From positions 64,001 through 128,000 of the IMG/VR virus record IMGVR_UViG_3300045974_000283: 64,000 nt of DNA, one strand, 5' to 3'. Below the pieces are notes generated by a model. That model ran no database searches. It was not told the origin of the DNA and saw nothing but the letters and a program-made list of their open reading frames with translations. Of the stretch, positions 35,908 through 44,549 are shown in pieces. This DNA is from a virus. Position numbers and translations under genes: made by a program. Each line of letters starts with the position of its first letter. Within the stretch, counting starts at the first letter, position 1.

Positions 35908-36768
35908 GTGGCAACAAAGATTGAACTCGTTCGTGTGAATGGCGTCTGCTACCCGATGTCCTCTGCTGACATCGAAAGCCTCTCCGCCGCTGGATACCCT
36001 ATGTGCCGCATCTCGCAGACGGCGCTCGACGCCATCCGCGCGATGTTCAAGAAGTCCGATCTGGAGTTCGAGGTCTACCCTTGGGAAGACACCCACCCGG
36101 AACTCATCCGGCACTTCATATCCATGTGCGATCAGGACTTTGATCTCGCTGGCAAGGTCACCCTCGACCCAGCCTACGATCCGGTCAAGCCTTCGTTCCG
36201 CGTTTTTGTGCAGGAACAGGAACACGTTGAACCCGACACCCCCTCGATTGAAGAAATCGCCCGCACCCGCCTCGCTCGCAAAACCCAGAAGCACCCGATC
36301 CAGGTTCAAGACCTGAGCAAGGCCATCGCAGCGGCCAAGGCCGAGCAGGAACAACTCGTCGCGTCCAACGCTTTCGAGACCCGTCTCCTGCCTCGCCTTC
36401 AGCGGTACGTCGGTCAATACTGCTTCCGCCTCGTTCACACGAAAGCGTCCAAGCCACACGACGGTGGAACTCTCCATCAAGTCGATTTCCGGTACGAACC
36501 GGACATGCCCAATCACACCTTCTACTCATCCGCACCCGACATCAAGTCCGAAGCCTACCTACAGCTCGGCATGTACTATCGCGTTCGCTTCGAAATGAAG
36601 ACGATGGAAATCGACGGCAAGTTCAAGCGCGTCTTGGGCATCGCCGCTCAAGAGCACATCAATGGTGCATGGCAAGGCCCCATGCTCCCGCGCATGTTCC
36701 CCGTTCGCGACGTTGACCACGCCAGCGCCCGCGAACTCGTTTCCTTCATCATGGGGAATCTGCTGTGA
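35908..36768 (+). CDS. Hypothetical protein, about 286 aa
   Basis: GTG start behind AGGA. GTGA overlap with gyrB. Confidence 0.7.
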   Translation: MATKIELVRVNGVCYPMSSADIESLSAAGYPMCRISQTALDAIRAMFKKSDLEFEVYPWEDTHPELIRHFISMCDQDFDLAGKVTLDPAYDPVKPSFRVFVQEQEHVEPDTPSIEEIARTRLARKTQKHPIQVQDLSKAIAAAKAEQEQLVASNAFETRLLPRLQRYVGQYCFRLVHTKASKPHDGGTLHQVDFRYEPDMPNHTFYSSAPDIKSEAYLQLGMYYRVRFEMKTMEIDGKFKRVLGIAAQEHINGAWQGPMLPRMFPVRDVDHASARELVSFIMGNLL

Positions 36769-39290
36769 CCGCCATCAAGACGTCCGCAAAGGCGTATTCC
36801 GCGGAAGACGTTCAGCATCTGGCTGGCGCCGAGGTCATCCGTTCCAAGCCTGCCATGTATCTCGGCGAGCCCGGCCCGGCCTGCGCGTTCACAGTCGTGC
36901 GCGAAGTTGTGGACAACGTGGTTGACGAGGCCCTCAACGGTCACGCTTCTGCCTGCCTGCTCTACGTCGATACCACCGACAAGACGAAGGCTGTCTACAC
37001 GGTCGCCGACAACGGTCGCGGTATCCCGATCGGCATGTCCACGGTCACCGACGCGGTGTCCGGCACGACCCAGAAGCTGCCTGCGCTTCAGGTCGTCACG
37101 GGTCTGATCCACGGCGGTGCCAAAATGGGTCAAGCCGGAACCGCCTACGAGGTCAGTCGTGGCTCACACGGCGTCGGCATCAAGGGCACGAACTTCACCG
37201 CCAAGACGTTCGAGGTCTGGTCGTGCTTCAACGGGAAGTGGCAGTACATCGCCTATCGCAACGGCAAGCTCGTCGTTCCGGTCAAGGCGACGAATGCGCC
37301 TACCCTGCCGCACACCGCCAAGCCCGCAACCCGTGGCACCGTCGTGAAGTTCTCTCCGGACCCGGCCATCATCGGTGCGGATCGGTTCCCCCTCGTGATG
37401 TTCGAAGAGTGGGCGTCTGTCGCTGCCTACTTCACGGACGGCCTGACTGTGACCATCACCGGCAAGGGTATCGAGCGCAAAGACTGGAACTTTCCTGAAG
37501 GCCCGGCCACGTTCGTGTCGACCCGTGTCGGCGAACTGCAATCTGAGCTGATCGACAGCAAGATGCTGACGGTGCGTAACGCGCTCTGCGATGTCGTGCT
37601 CGGTTTCTCGAACTACGACGGCTGCGACTTTGCTGCCTTCACGAACGGCCTGCGCAACCCGGACAAGGGCGTCCACTTCGACGGGGTCTTTGGCTCGCTG
37701 ATGAAAGCCATCACGCCGTTCATCACTGCCCGCCAAAAGTTCGGACTGGCGGAGCTGAAGGAAGGCGTCGTGGGTCTGGTCAACGTCAAGCTGTCTGCCC
37801 CCAAGTTCTCCAGCCAGACCAAGGACAAGCTCGTCGATGAACGCGCTGGCAAGCCGCTGCGCGACCTGCTTGAGGTTGAGTTCGCTGCGTTCTTTGCTGC
37901 GAACAAGGCGATGGCCTCGCGCATCACAGCCAGATGCTCGGAGTTGGCAAGCGCCCGCGCAAAGTTCTCGATGACCAAGAAGGCGCTCATGGATGTCAAG
38001 AAGGCCATCAACGGCGCCCTGCCGTTCAAGGCCATGACCGCACCGCACGCCCGACCGGAACAGCGCGAGTTGTATCTGCTCGAGGGGGACTCGGCATCGG
38101 GAATTTGTCGCGAGGCCCGCAATCCCACGTTCCAGGAGGTCCTTCCTCTTCGTGGCAAGCTGAAGAATGCCTCTCGCACCGAAGAGGCCAAGAACCTCGT
38201 GTCGAGTTCCACTGTGCTCGATATCCTCACCATGCTCGGCTTCGATCCATCCAAGCCTGACTACATGGACCATCTGCGAGTCAAGAACAAACTTGTCATC
38301 CTCACTGACCCTGACCCAGACGGCCCGCTCAACGGCTCGGCCACGTTGCAGGTTCTCGTTCACTCGGACAAGAGCTGGCACACAGTCACGATGCGCGAGC
38401 TCCACGAGTCTCTGCTCTGGCAGGAACTTTCCTACTCGGTGGTGGCCTGGGATCACATCCACCAGAAGTTCGTTCTGGCCCCGGTCTCTGGCACGAATGC
38501 CGTTGACCTGAAGCCGACCGACGATGTCTGCCAAATCGACTTTGGAACCGCTCGGTACTGGACCACACCGAAGCATCGCTGGGTCGCAGCCCGCACTGAG
38601 ATTGCCCCCGTTCGCAACGTGAACTACGAAGGCCAGACTCCACACGAAGGTCAGCTTCAGTTCGTCACTTCCGACAACCTGAAGACTGGTCTCGGTGTTC
38701 TCGCCGCTCGTGAAGTTGGCCGGTACGGTCGCAAGGTGGAGCTGTTCCAACCCAATCACTTGCAGACCCTGTTGATTCCCAACTCCTACGGCACCGAACC
38801 AGACCTCGTGCGCAAGTTCAAGGTGCAGAAGGTTGGCGAACGCAACGACCTGAAGCGGCTCTACTGCCTACAGGTGCCGAAGTATCACAACTTCGTTCTG
38901 TCTTCTGGCGTCGTCTCCGGGAATAGTCACATCAGCACGTTGATCCTCAGCCTCATCTACAAGTTGATGCCTGAGATGTTCGCCAAGAAGATGGTCTATC
39001 AGTGCATCGCGCCGGAGTTCTACGCGATGGTCGGCAAGAAGGCGTTCTACGGCATGAAGGTCGGCGATCTGCGCACCAATCTGGCCGAGGCCGGAGCATC
39101 GCCCAAAACCGCCCTTCACCACATCAAGGGATACGGCGAGCTTCCGGCCAAGCAAGTCGAGGAGGTCGCGTTCAACCCGGCAACGCGCCGCATCATGCGC
39201 ATCGAGATCGTCAACACGGATTCCGGCGTTGAGTTCTTGAGGTTAATGGGCAAGGAAGTCTCGGCCCGCAAACTCCTCCTGGGAATCTGA
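36765..39290 (+). CDS. gyrB: Type IIA topoisomerase ATPase/TOPRIM subunit (GyrB/ParE-like) with intein
   Basis: GHKL motifs EVVDN..DE, DNGRGIP, G.HGVG. TOPRIM EGDSA, PLRGK, TDPDPDG/SHI, the last split by a 200-aa insertion. Confidence 0.95.
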   Translation: MTAIKTSAKAYSAEDVQHLAGAEVIRSKPAMYLGEPGPACAFTVVREVVDNVVDEALNGHASACLLYVDTTDKTKAVYTVADNGRGIPIGMSTVTDAVSGTTQKLPALQVVTGLIHGGAKMGQAGTAYEVSRGSHGVGIKGTNFTAKTFEVWSCFNGKWQYIAYRNGKLVVPVKATNAPTLPHTAKPATRGTVVKFSPDPAIIGADRFPLVMFEEWASVAAYFTDGLTVTITGKGIERKDWNFPEGPATFVSTRVGELQSELIDSKMLTVRNALCDVVLGFSNYDGCDFAAFTNGLRNPDKGVHFDGVFGSLMKAITPFITARQKFGLAELKEGVVGLVNVKLSAPKFSSQTKDKLVDERAGKPLRDLLEVEFAAFFAANKAMASRITARCSELASARAKFSMTKKALMDVKKAINGALPFKAMTAPHARPEQRELYLLEGDSASGICREARNPTFQEVLPLRGKLKNASRTEEAKNLVSSSTVLDILTMLGFDPSKPDYMDHLRVKNKLVILTDPDPDGPLNGSATLQVLVHSDKSWHTVTMRELHESLLWQELSYSVVAWDHIHQKFVLAPVSGTNAVDLKPTDDVCQIDFGTARYWTTPKHRWVAARTEIAPVRNVNYEGQTPHEGQLQFVTSDNLKTGLGVLAAREVGRYGRKVELFQPNHLQTLLIPNSYGTEPDLVRKFKVQKVGERNDLKRLYCLQVPKYHNFVLSSGVVSGNSHISTLILSLIYKLMPEMFAKKMVYQCIAPEFYAMVGKKAFYGMKVGDLRTNLAEAGASPKTALHHIKGYGELPAKQVEEVAFNPATRRIMRIEIVNTDSGVEFLRLMGKEVSARKLLLGI
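38325..38924 (+). mobile_element. Mini-intein (Hint domain only, 200 aa), class 3-like, Pro1
   Basis: Interrupts DG|SH. Block A PLNGSATL, block B TTPKHRW, block F LYCLQVPKYHNF, block G GVVSGN followed by Ser+1. No LAGLIDADG motifs. Confidence 0.9.
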
Positions 39291-39294
39291 CATC

Positions 39295-40941
39295 ATGGCT
39301 ACTCGTCCCGCTCCTCGTCCGGTCCGCCGGACGCAATCAACACCGACATCAGGCCGTCCGGCCGTCAAGCCCACCGAGCGCGTCGCTCGCCGCCGAACTG
39401 CCATCTCGGCTCACGAGGCTGAGATGAGCGAACGGCTGGAAGGCGTCCAGGACTTGCTGGAGTTTGCCAACGACGCCATCCTGCGCTACGGCACCAAGAC
39501 GAACGAAGACCGGGCCATCCCGGCCTATCAGGACGGATGCAAGCCTGTCCAGCGCCGTGCCATCTACGCGGCCCGCCGGGTCGTCAACACAAGGCAAGGC
39601 AAGACGGCTCGCTTGGTCGGTGAGGTCATCGGTACTCTGCACCCGCACGGCGACGCTTCTATCTCTGACGCCATCTCGACGATGGTCACTTCCGAGGTTC
39701 CGTGCTTCGAGGGGTTCGGGAATTGGGGCTCGCTCCTCGACCCGCCCGCTGCCATCCGGTACACTGAGCTGAAGCTCAGTGTCTACGGCCATCAGTTCCT
39801 TCACCCGAACTATCTGCCGGTGATACCGATGGTCCCGAACTACGACGACCAGGACACTGAGCCTGCCTTCCTGCCTGCGCTTCTGCCGAACATCCTGCTC
39901 CAACATGCTTGGGGCATCGGGACCGGTGTGAACACGATTATCCCCGCGTTCACGCCGACGTCGCTTCTCCCGGTCATCATCGACCGCATGAAAGGCAAGG
40001 AGTTCACAGCGGCGGAGCTGGTCAAGCGACTGGAGTTCATGTGGTCATGGGGCGGCAAGGCATCACGCGACAAAGCCAATCTGCAACGCATGGCGGCGCT
40101 GTTCACCGAGACGAACAGTGAGACCATCCACTACGTTCCGCATATCGAAGTGGACGAGGCCAAGCGAACCATCACCATGTTCGGCGCCCCACCGAACCTG
40201 AAGCTGGACACCTTCGTGAAGAAGGTGCAACTGCTGAAGCCAGTGGCTTCGGTGGGCGCCGACAAGAAGGGCGTCGCCTACACCATTCGGGTCAAGCGAG
40301 GCACCTCAGATCAGCTCTGGGCTTTGCTGGTCGCGCGAGTACGCGAACTCGCCAAGTCGAGTGTGTCCTACGCCATCTACGTGGCGAAGCGCACCCCTGT
40401 CGAGGAGACCAAGTTCAAGACGACCTTCCACCGGTTCTCGGTCATCGAACTCATCAACGCCTGGATCGAGTTCCGCCTCGTGCTCGAAGTGCGCTCGCTC
40501 ATGTACCGCATGGAACGTGTGAAGGCGCAAGTGACCAGGCTCAAGCTGATGATGCTCGCAGCTGACAACCTGACCAAGGTTTTTGCTGCGCTCAAGTCGA
40601 AGGACCCTGACACTCATCTGGTCGCCAGCATGAAGATCACGCTCGAAGAGGCAGGCATCATCTTGGGGATGCGTGTCCGTCAGCTGTCAACCCTCGACCG
40701 CAACAAGTGCGCCAAGGCCAAAGACGAACTCGTCGAAGCCTACGCTCAGTTGAAGGCCGCGACCAAGAACCCGGCCCCCGGTGTGATTGCCTATCTGCAA
40801 GCCGCCCTCCAGGCGTTCGAGCAGTCGCAGTACATCATCACGAACTGCGATCAGTGGCGTCTCAAGTCCAGCGCAGCAATGAACAAGGTTCTGTCGTTCG
40901 CCGACGGCACCGACCAAACCGAAGGAGAGCAAGATGACTGA
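39295..40941 (+). CDS. gyrA: Type IIA topoisomerase breakage-reunion subunit (GyrA/ParC-like), no C-terminal pinwheel
   Basis: RAIP..DGCKPVQRR, K.ARLVGEVIG.LHPHGD.S, GN.G, AAIRYTE catalytic Tyr. Only 548 aa. Confidence 0.93.
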   Translation: MATRPAPRPVRRTQSTPTSGRPAVKPTERVARRRTAISAHEAEMSERLEGVQDLLEFANDAILRYGTKTNEDRAIPAYQDGCKPVQRRAIYAARRVVNTRQGKTARLVGEVIGTLHPHGDASISDAISTMVTSEVPCFEGFGNWGSLLDPPAAIRYTELKLSVYGHQFLHPNYLPVIPMVPNYDDQDTEPAFLPALLPNILLQHAWGIGTGVNTIIPAFTPTSLLPVIIDRMKGKEFTAAELVKRLEFMWSWGGKASRDKANLQRMAALFTETNSETIHYVPHIEVDEAKRTITMFGAPPNLKLDTFVKKVQLLKPVASVGADKKGVAYTIRVKRGTSDQLWALLVARVRELAKSSVSYAIYVAKRTPVEETKFKTTFHRFSVIELINAWIEFRLVLEVRSLMYRMERVKAQVTRLKLMMLAADNLTKVFAALKSKDPDTHLVASMKITLEEAGIILGMRVRQLSTLDRNKCAKAKDELVEAYAQLKAATKNPAPGVIAYLQAALQAFEQSQYIITNCDQWRLKSSAAMNKVLSFADGTDQTEGEQDD

Positions 40942-41485
40942 CAAACCTAAAGACGAAATCCAGCCGATGGACGCCACGAATTGGGCACCGCTCACCGCGA
41001 TCCGTCCTGAATACGGGCCGGTCGGCCGCATCAACTTTGGACCACTGGACAAAGGCCCACGCTATCCGGAGCAGATGTCCAAGACCGTACAGGTCACAAC
41101 CGCTGGCGTCTGGCCCGGCACCATCGCCTCGGGAGAGATCGAGCGTCAGCAACGCGAAGCCGAGATGAAGGACCGCGCCAAAACCAGGATTGTCTGTGCG
41201 GCTATCCGGCTGCACGACGGCACCGTCCTTCTCGGTGCCCGTCACTACGACGGCCTGATGGTTGAGGCCTTTCGGTTATGGAACGTGGCGCAGTCTTCAG
41301 ACATTGAGTTCCGCAAGGATTACGCCCGGTCCCTGCGCGCTCTCTTGGCCGAAGAAGGCTTCGTCGATCAGCGCGGTGCCTTCTACGATCGCAAGGCTGC
41401 TCTGGAGATCGCCCAAGCCGCTGGTCAACTCCGCTGGCCTAAGCCGCACCCGGAAGACGGGCTCAACTCAACCGACCTCTACTAG
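40934..41485 (+). CDS. Conserved phage hypothetical protein
   Basis: CAA...G.RH...GF.DQ.G.F.DR..A..IA...GQ...L.S.DLY pattern, recognised from phage proteins of unknown function. Confidence 0.75.
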   Translation: MTDKPKDEIQPMDATNWAPLTAIRPEYGPVGRINFGPLDKGPRYPEQMSKTVQVTTAGVWPGTIASGEIERQQREAEMKDRAKTRIVCAAIRLHDGTVLLGARHYDGLMVEAFRLWNVAQSSDIEFRKDYARSLRALLAEEGFVDQRGAFYDRKAALEIAQAAGQLRWPKPHPEDGLNSTDLY

Positions 41486-41493
41486 GACCCACC

Positions 41494-41880
41494 ATGACCA
41501 AGATTACCGGACATCCTAACGACCTCATCATGCAACACTGCATGAACTGGATGGGCGCTCCCCGGCCTGAGTTCGTCTCGACGTCGCTGTTCGCTGTCAT
41601 TCGCCAAGACCTGATGAAACAGGCTGAGCTCCGCGAACGCGATCTCGCCAAAGCCGCAAAGGACTACATGCAGAACCTGCCGCCTCCACACAAACCTTTG
41701 GACGCCGCGCTCAACGTCGCTCGCTATGTAGCGGCTCAGCGTTCACGCTCTGAGAGCTCGCAAATCCACGTTTTTGGCGTCCGCGAGTGGAACGGCGAGG
41801 CCCGTGACCTGGAGCATGCTGCCGAACAGGCCAACGAAGAGGTTGAGGCTGCGAACGCTGCCGCCGACCCGGCGTGTTAA
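41494..41880 (+). CDS. Hypothetical protein, 128 aa
   Basis: AGGA RBS, co-oriented. Confidence 0.65.
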   Translation: MTKITGHPNDLIMQHCMNWMGAPRPEFVSTSLFAVIRQDLMKQAELRERDLAKAAKDYMQNLPPPHKPLDAALNVARYVAAQRSRSESSQIHVFGVREWNGEARDLEHAAEQANEEVEAANAAADPAC

Positions 41881-41963
41881 TGGCACCGTATCAACAACCC
41901 GAAACGGACCCTGTCTAGCCACCAACTTCAACACTTTTATTTCGCAAATTTCTCCAAAAAGAC

Positions 41964-41992
41964 TTGCACGCCCATGGATTTAGGCGTAAAAT
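41964..41992 (+). promoter_or_regulatory. Sigma70-type promoter
   Basis: TTGCAC-17 bp-TAAAAT with an A-rich upstream element. Confidence 0.8.
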
Positions 41993-42095
41993 GAACTCAT
42001 GGGGCAACCACAATCCCACCCCAAACCGCCAAACAAAGTCGCCGGGCTTTGCAAGGCACACCATCCCACCCGGCATCATCCCTCTGGAGTTTACC

Positions 42096-42569
42096 ATGTC
42101 GAAATCCCTCAACATCGCCCTTCGTGCTGTTTCCGCTGCTGCCGCAGCTCTGGTCAAGGCTGAAGCCGCCCTGAACGCCGCTCTCGGCACCGAAGTCGCA
42201 GCTCCTGCTGCCGCCAAGGTTGCCAAGGTTGCCAAGGCTCCGGTCGCCGAGGTCGTGGCCGAAAAGGCTCCGAGCAAGGCCGCTCTGCGTCGCGCTGCCA
42301 AGGCTGCTGAAGCCGAAGCTGAAGCCGCCGCTGCCGCCAAGGCTGAGCGCGTCGCCGCTCGCAAGACGGCCAAGGCCACCGCCGAGACCATCGAAGCCAA
42401 GCCTGCCAAGGCAGCGAAGGTCGCCAAGGCTCCGGTCGCCGAGGTCGCCGCTCCGGCTGCCAAGGTGGCGAAGGCTCCGAAGGTCGCGAAGGTCGAGGCT
42501 GCTCCCGCTGCCAAAACCGCCAAGACCGCCAAGTCGCCCGCCAAGGCGCAAGCCTTCCCTGGCTTCTGA
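42096..42569 (+). CDS. Histone H1-like (Ala/Lys/Pro repeat) DNA-binding protein, 157 aa
   Basis: AKVAK/AKAP repeats, mostly A+K. 25-bp direct repeat at 42231 and 42423. GGAG RBS. Confidence 0.75.
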   Translation: MSKSLNIALRAVSAAAAALVKAEAALNAALGTEVAAPAAAKVAKVAKAPVAEVVAEKAPSKAALRRAAKAAEAEAEAAAAAKAERVAARKTAKATAETIEAKPAKAAKVAKAPVAEVAAPAAKVAKAPKVAKVEAAPAAKTAKTAKSPAKAQAFPGF

Positions 42570-42571
42570 TC

Positions 42572-42634
42572 AACGGGCTTCGGCCCGTTTCCCACCCGCA
42601 CCCCGCGACGTCGAAAGGCGTCAGCGGGGTTTTT
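42572..42634 (+). terminator. Tandem hairpins: UUCG hairpin plus GAAA-loop terminator
   Basis: aacgggc-ttcg-gcccgtt (42572-42589) and ccccgc.gacgtc-gaaa-ggcgtc.gcgggg-ttttt (42601-42634). Confidence 0.75.
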
Positions 42635-42656
42635 CGTTTGTTCTGCGGAGAATTTC

Positions 42657-43541
42657 ATGCAATACGAAGCCTATGACGCCCAAGCTCGCGTTCAAGTCGC
42701 TCGGATCGTCACGCTCATTGTGGACGCGCAAAAGCCAGAATCCGCAGACCAGCTCGACGAAGCGGTCAAGAATCTGATGAGCACCGATGAGGGCTCGCTG
42801 CTCGGCGAGACGCCTTCGCTGCGTCGCAAGTTCATCGAACTTTGCAACAAAGCCAAAACCCTTTTCCGTGTCGCTGCTGGCAAAGAAGGCGACATCTCGC
42901 GCATGAAGGTGCAAGGCCGCATCATGCCGCTCCTCTCGGAGATTCTGCTTGAAGCAGACCACCTGCTGGAAAGCGAAGTCAACGAGGAATCGTCGGACGA
43001 CGAAGTCCACTTGCTGACGCAATGGCGTCAGTTCTCACGGAATCTGAGTTCGCAGCTCGTTGCGAAGGGCATCGCCTACGGCACCGCCCCACTCATCTGC
43101 CGATTCCCGTTCGATCGGTCAAAGCTCAAGCGCAAGAGCATACCCAACGAGTCGTTCTGCGGTTATACCGTGCTCACGAAGCAGAACGTGCTCGGCATCG
43201 GCCTGGCCTACATTCAGGCTGCAATCGACCGCGAGTGCGAGCTGAGCGGCGAGTCGAAGAAAGCCGCCACGGACAAAGACCGCGAGTCCATCATCAAGGA
43301 CATTCTCGACACCTTCATGCTGCGTCACCACGGCATGATTGTGCTCGGGGAGACCGGTCGTTCCTGGAAGGGTGGTCGCTGGTTCTGGCTGGTCGATTCC
43401 AAGGAACTTGCCATGCTGCGTCAATGCTCATACGGCAGTCCTTCGTCTTCAGGGCTCGGCTCCTGGGGATTTGCCTTCGAGGGCAAGGACGAGCTGAAGC
43501 GAGTGGCCCCTGCCTCGTCCCCGTCATCCACCTCGTTCTGA
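42657..43541 (+). CDS. Hypothetical protein, 294 aa
   Basis: GGAG RBS, typical codon usage. Confidence 0.8.
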   Translation: MQYEAYDAQARVQVARIVTLIVDAQKPESADQLDEAVKNLMSTDEGSLLGETPSLRRKFIELCNKAKTLFRVAAGKEGDISRMKVQGRIMPLLSEILLEADHLLESEVNEESSDDEVHLLTQWRQFSRNLSSQLVAKGIAYGTAPLICRFPFDRSKLKRKSIPNESFCGYTVLTKQNVLGIGLAYIQAAIDRECELSGESKKAATDKDRESIIKDILDTFMLRHHGMIVLGETGRSWKGGRWFWLVDSKELAMLRQCSYGSPSSSGLGSWGFAFEGKDELKRVAPASSPSSTSF

Positions 43542-43551
43542 GGAGCGCACC

Positions 43552-44007
43552 ATGAGCAACACCTTCAAGCTCGGTCGCATGACCGCGAAATGCGCTGAGG
43601 ATCTGTACGAGCTCACTCGCACTGCTCCGATTGAGTGCTACAAGGCACCATTCGCATTCTTGGAAGACCCCACGGCGCCAGGACCGCAGACTTCGGGGGC
43701 GCCTGCCATCGAGTCCTATCAGGTTGTCACAGGTCGAGCAGTGTTCCATGAGGACGCGCATCGCACGGAGTTCTGCATCATCTGCGAGCCCGTCATCCCC
43801 ACCGTCGATCCGTTCAAGCCGTACTTCATACTCGTTGTGGACCCGGCACGGTCATCGCGGGCGATGAAGTATCTGGTGGGGATTGTCAACGTGCTCGTGG
43901 CGCGCAAAACCGTGTTCCAGTTTGAGCCCGTCTACGCGGATGTCATTTCGAACTACGCCACGCTCTACAACCCCCTTGTCCAAGAGCCCTCGTCCGGAGG
44001 GTTCTAA
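43552..44007 (+). CDS. Hypothetical protein, 151 aa
   Basis: AGGAG RBS. TAATG coupling to the next gene. Confidence 0.75.
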   Translation: MSNTFKLGRMTAKCAEDLYELTRTAPIECYKAPFAFLEDPTAPGPQTSGAPAIESYQVVTGRAVFHEDAHRTEFCIICEPVIPTVDPFKPYFILVVDPARSSRAMKYLVGIVNVLVARKTVFQFEPVYADVISNYATLYNPLVQEPSSGGF

Positions 44008-44546
44008 TGGTCGTTCACACCGGTGACTTGCCACCACCTATCCCAGCAGACGTCAGGCTTGTCCTGCCGTTCTGCTGGATCTGCAAGAGACTCTTCACTG
44101 ACCCTGAGTCAATCAACAGAATCCCCAACCCTGTCGTAAAGCACACGCACCATGTCATCCCGCAAGCCGCTGGTGGAGAAGACGGTCCAACCGTCACTCT
44201 CTGCACCCACCATCACGACGTCCTCCATCGCATCGGAGAAGCCTGGACTTCATCAGTTCAAAAGACTGTCCAGTCAGGGCATACTCTGCTACACGCGCTC
44301 CCTTTACAAGAACGCCCCCGTGTGCTATACTTGGCGCAGGTCGTTGCGAGCGCGCTCGGAGCCGTTGCCAAAGACCCGAACCGTCGGTTCCCTGTTGGCA
44401 CGGAACTCACGCGAGAAGAGTCGCAGCGACTTAATCAGCTGAAGTCCTTCTACGGCGTTTCTTCCAGATCGGAAGCGCTTCGTCTCGCTCTGCGAGATGC
44501 TTACTCAACACGTTTTCCCTTGCTACCCACCGTCACTAGGAGATAG
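44007..44546 (+). CDS. HNH nuclease fused to a ribbon-helix-helix-like C-terminus
   Basis: CWIC...HTHHVIP...GG...T..LC..HH..LH. C-terminal PVGTELTREESQRLNQLK.FYG..SRSEALRLAL. Confidence 0.75.
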   Translation: MVVHTGDLPPPIPADVRLVLPFCWICKRLFTDPESINRIPNPVVKHTHHVIPQAAGGEDGPTVTLCTHHHDVLHRIGEAWTSSVQKTVQSGHTLLHALPLQERPRVLYLAQVVASALGAVAKDPNRRFPVGTELTREESQRLNQLKSFYGVSSRSEALRLALRDAYSTRFPLLPTVTRR

Positions 44547-44549
44547 ATC

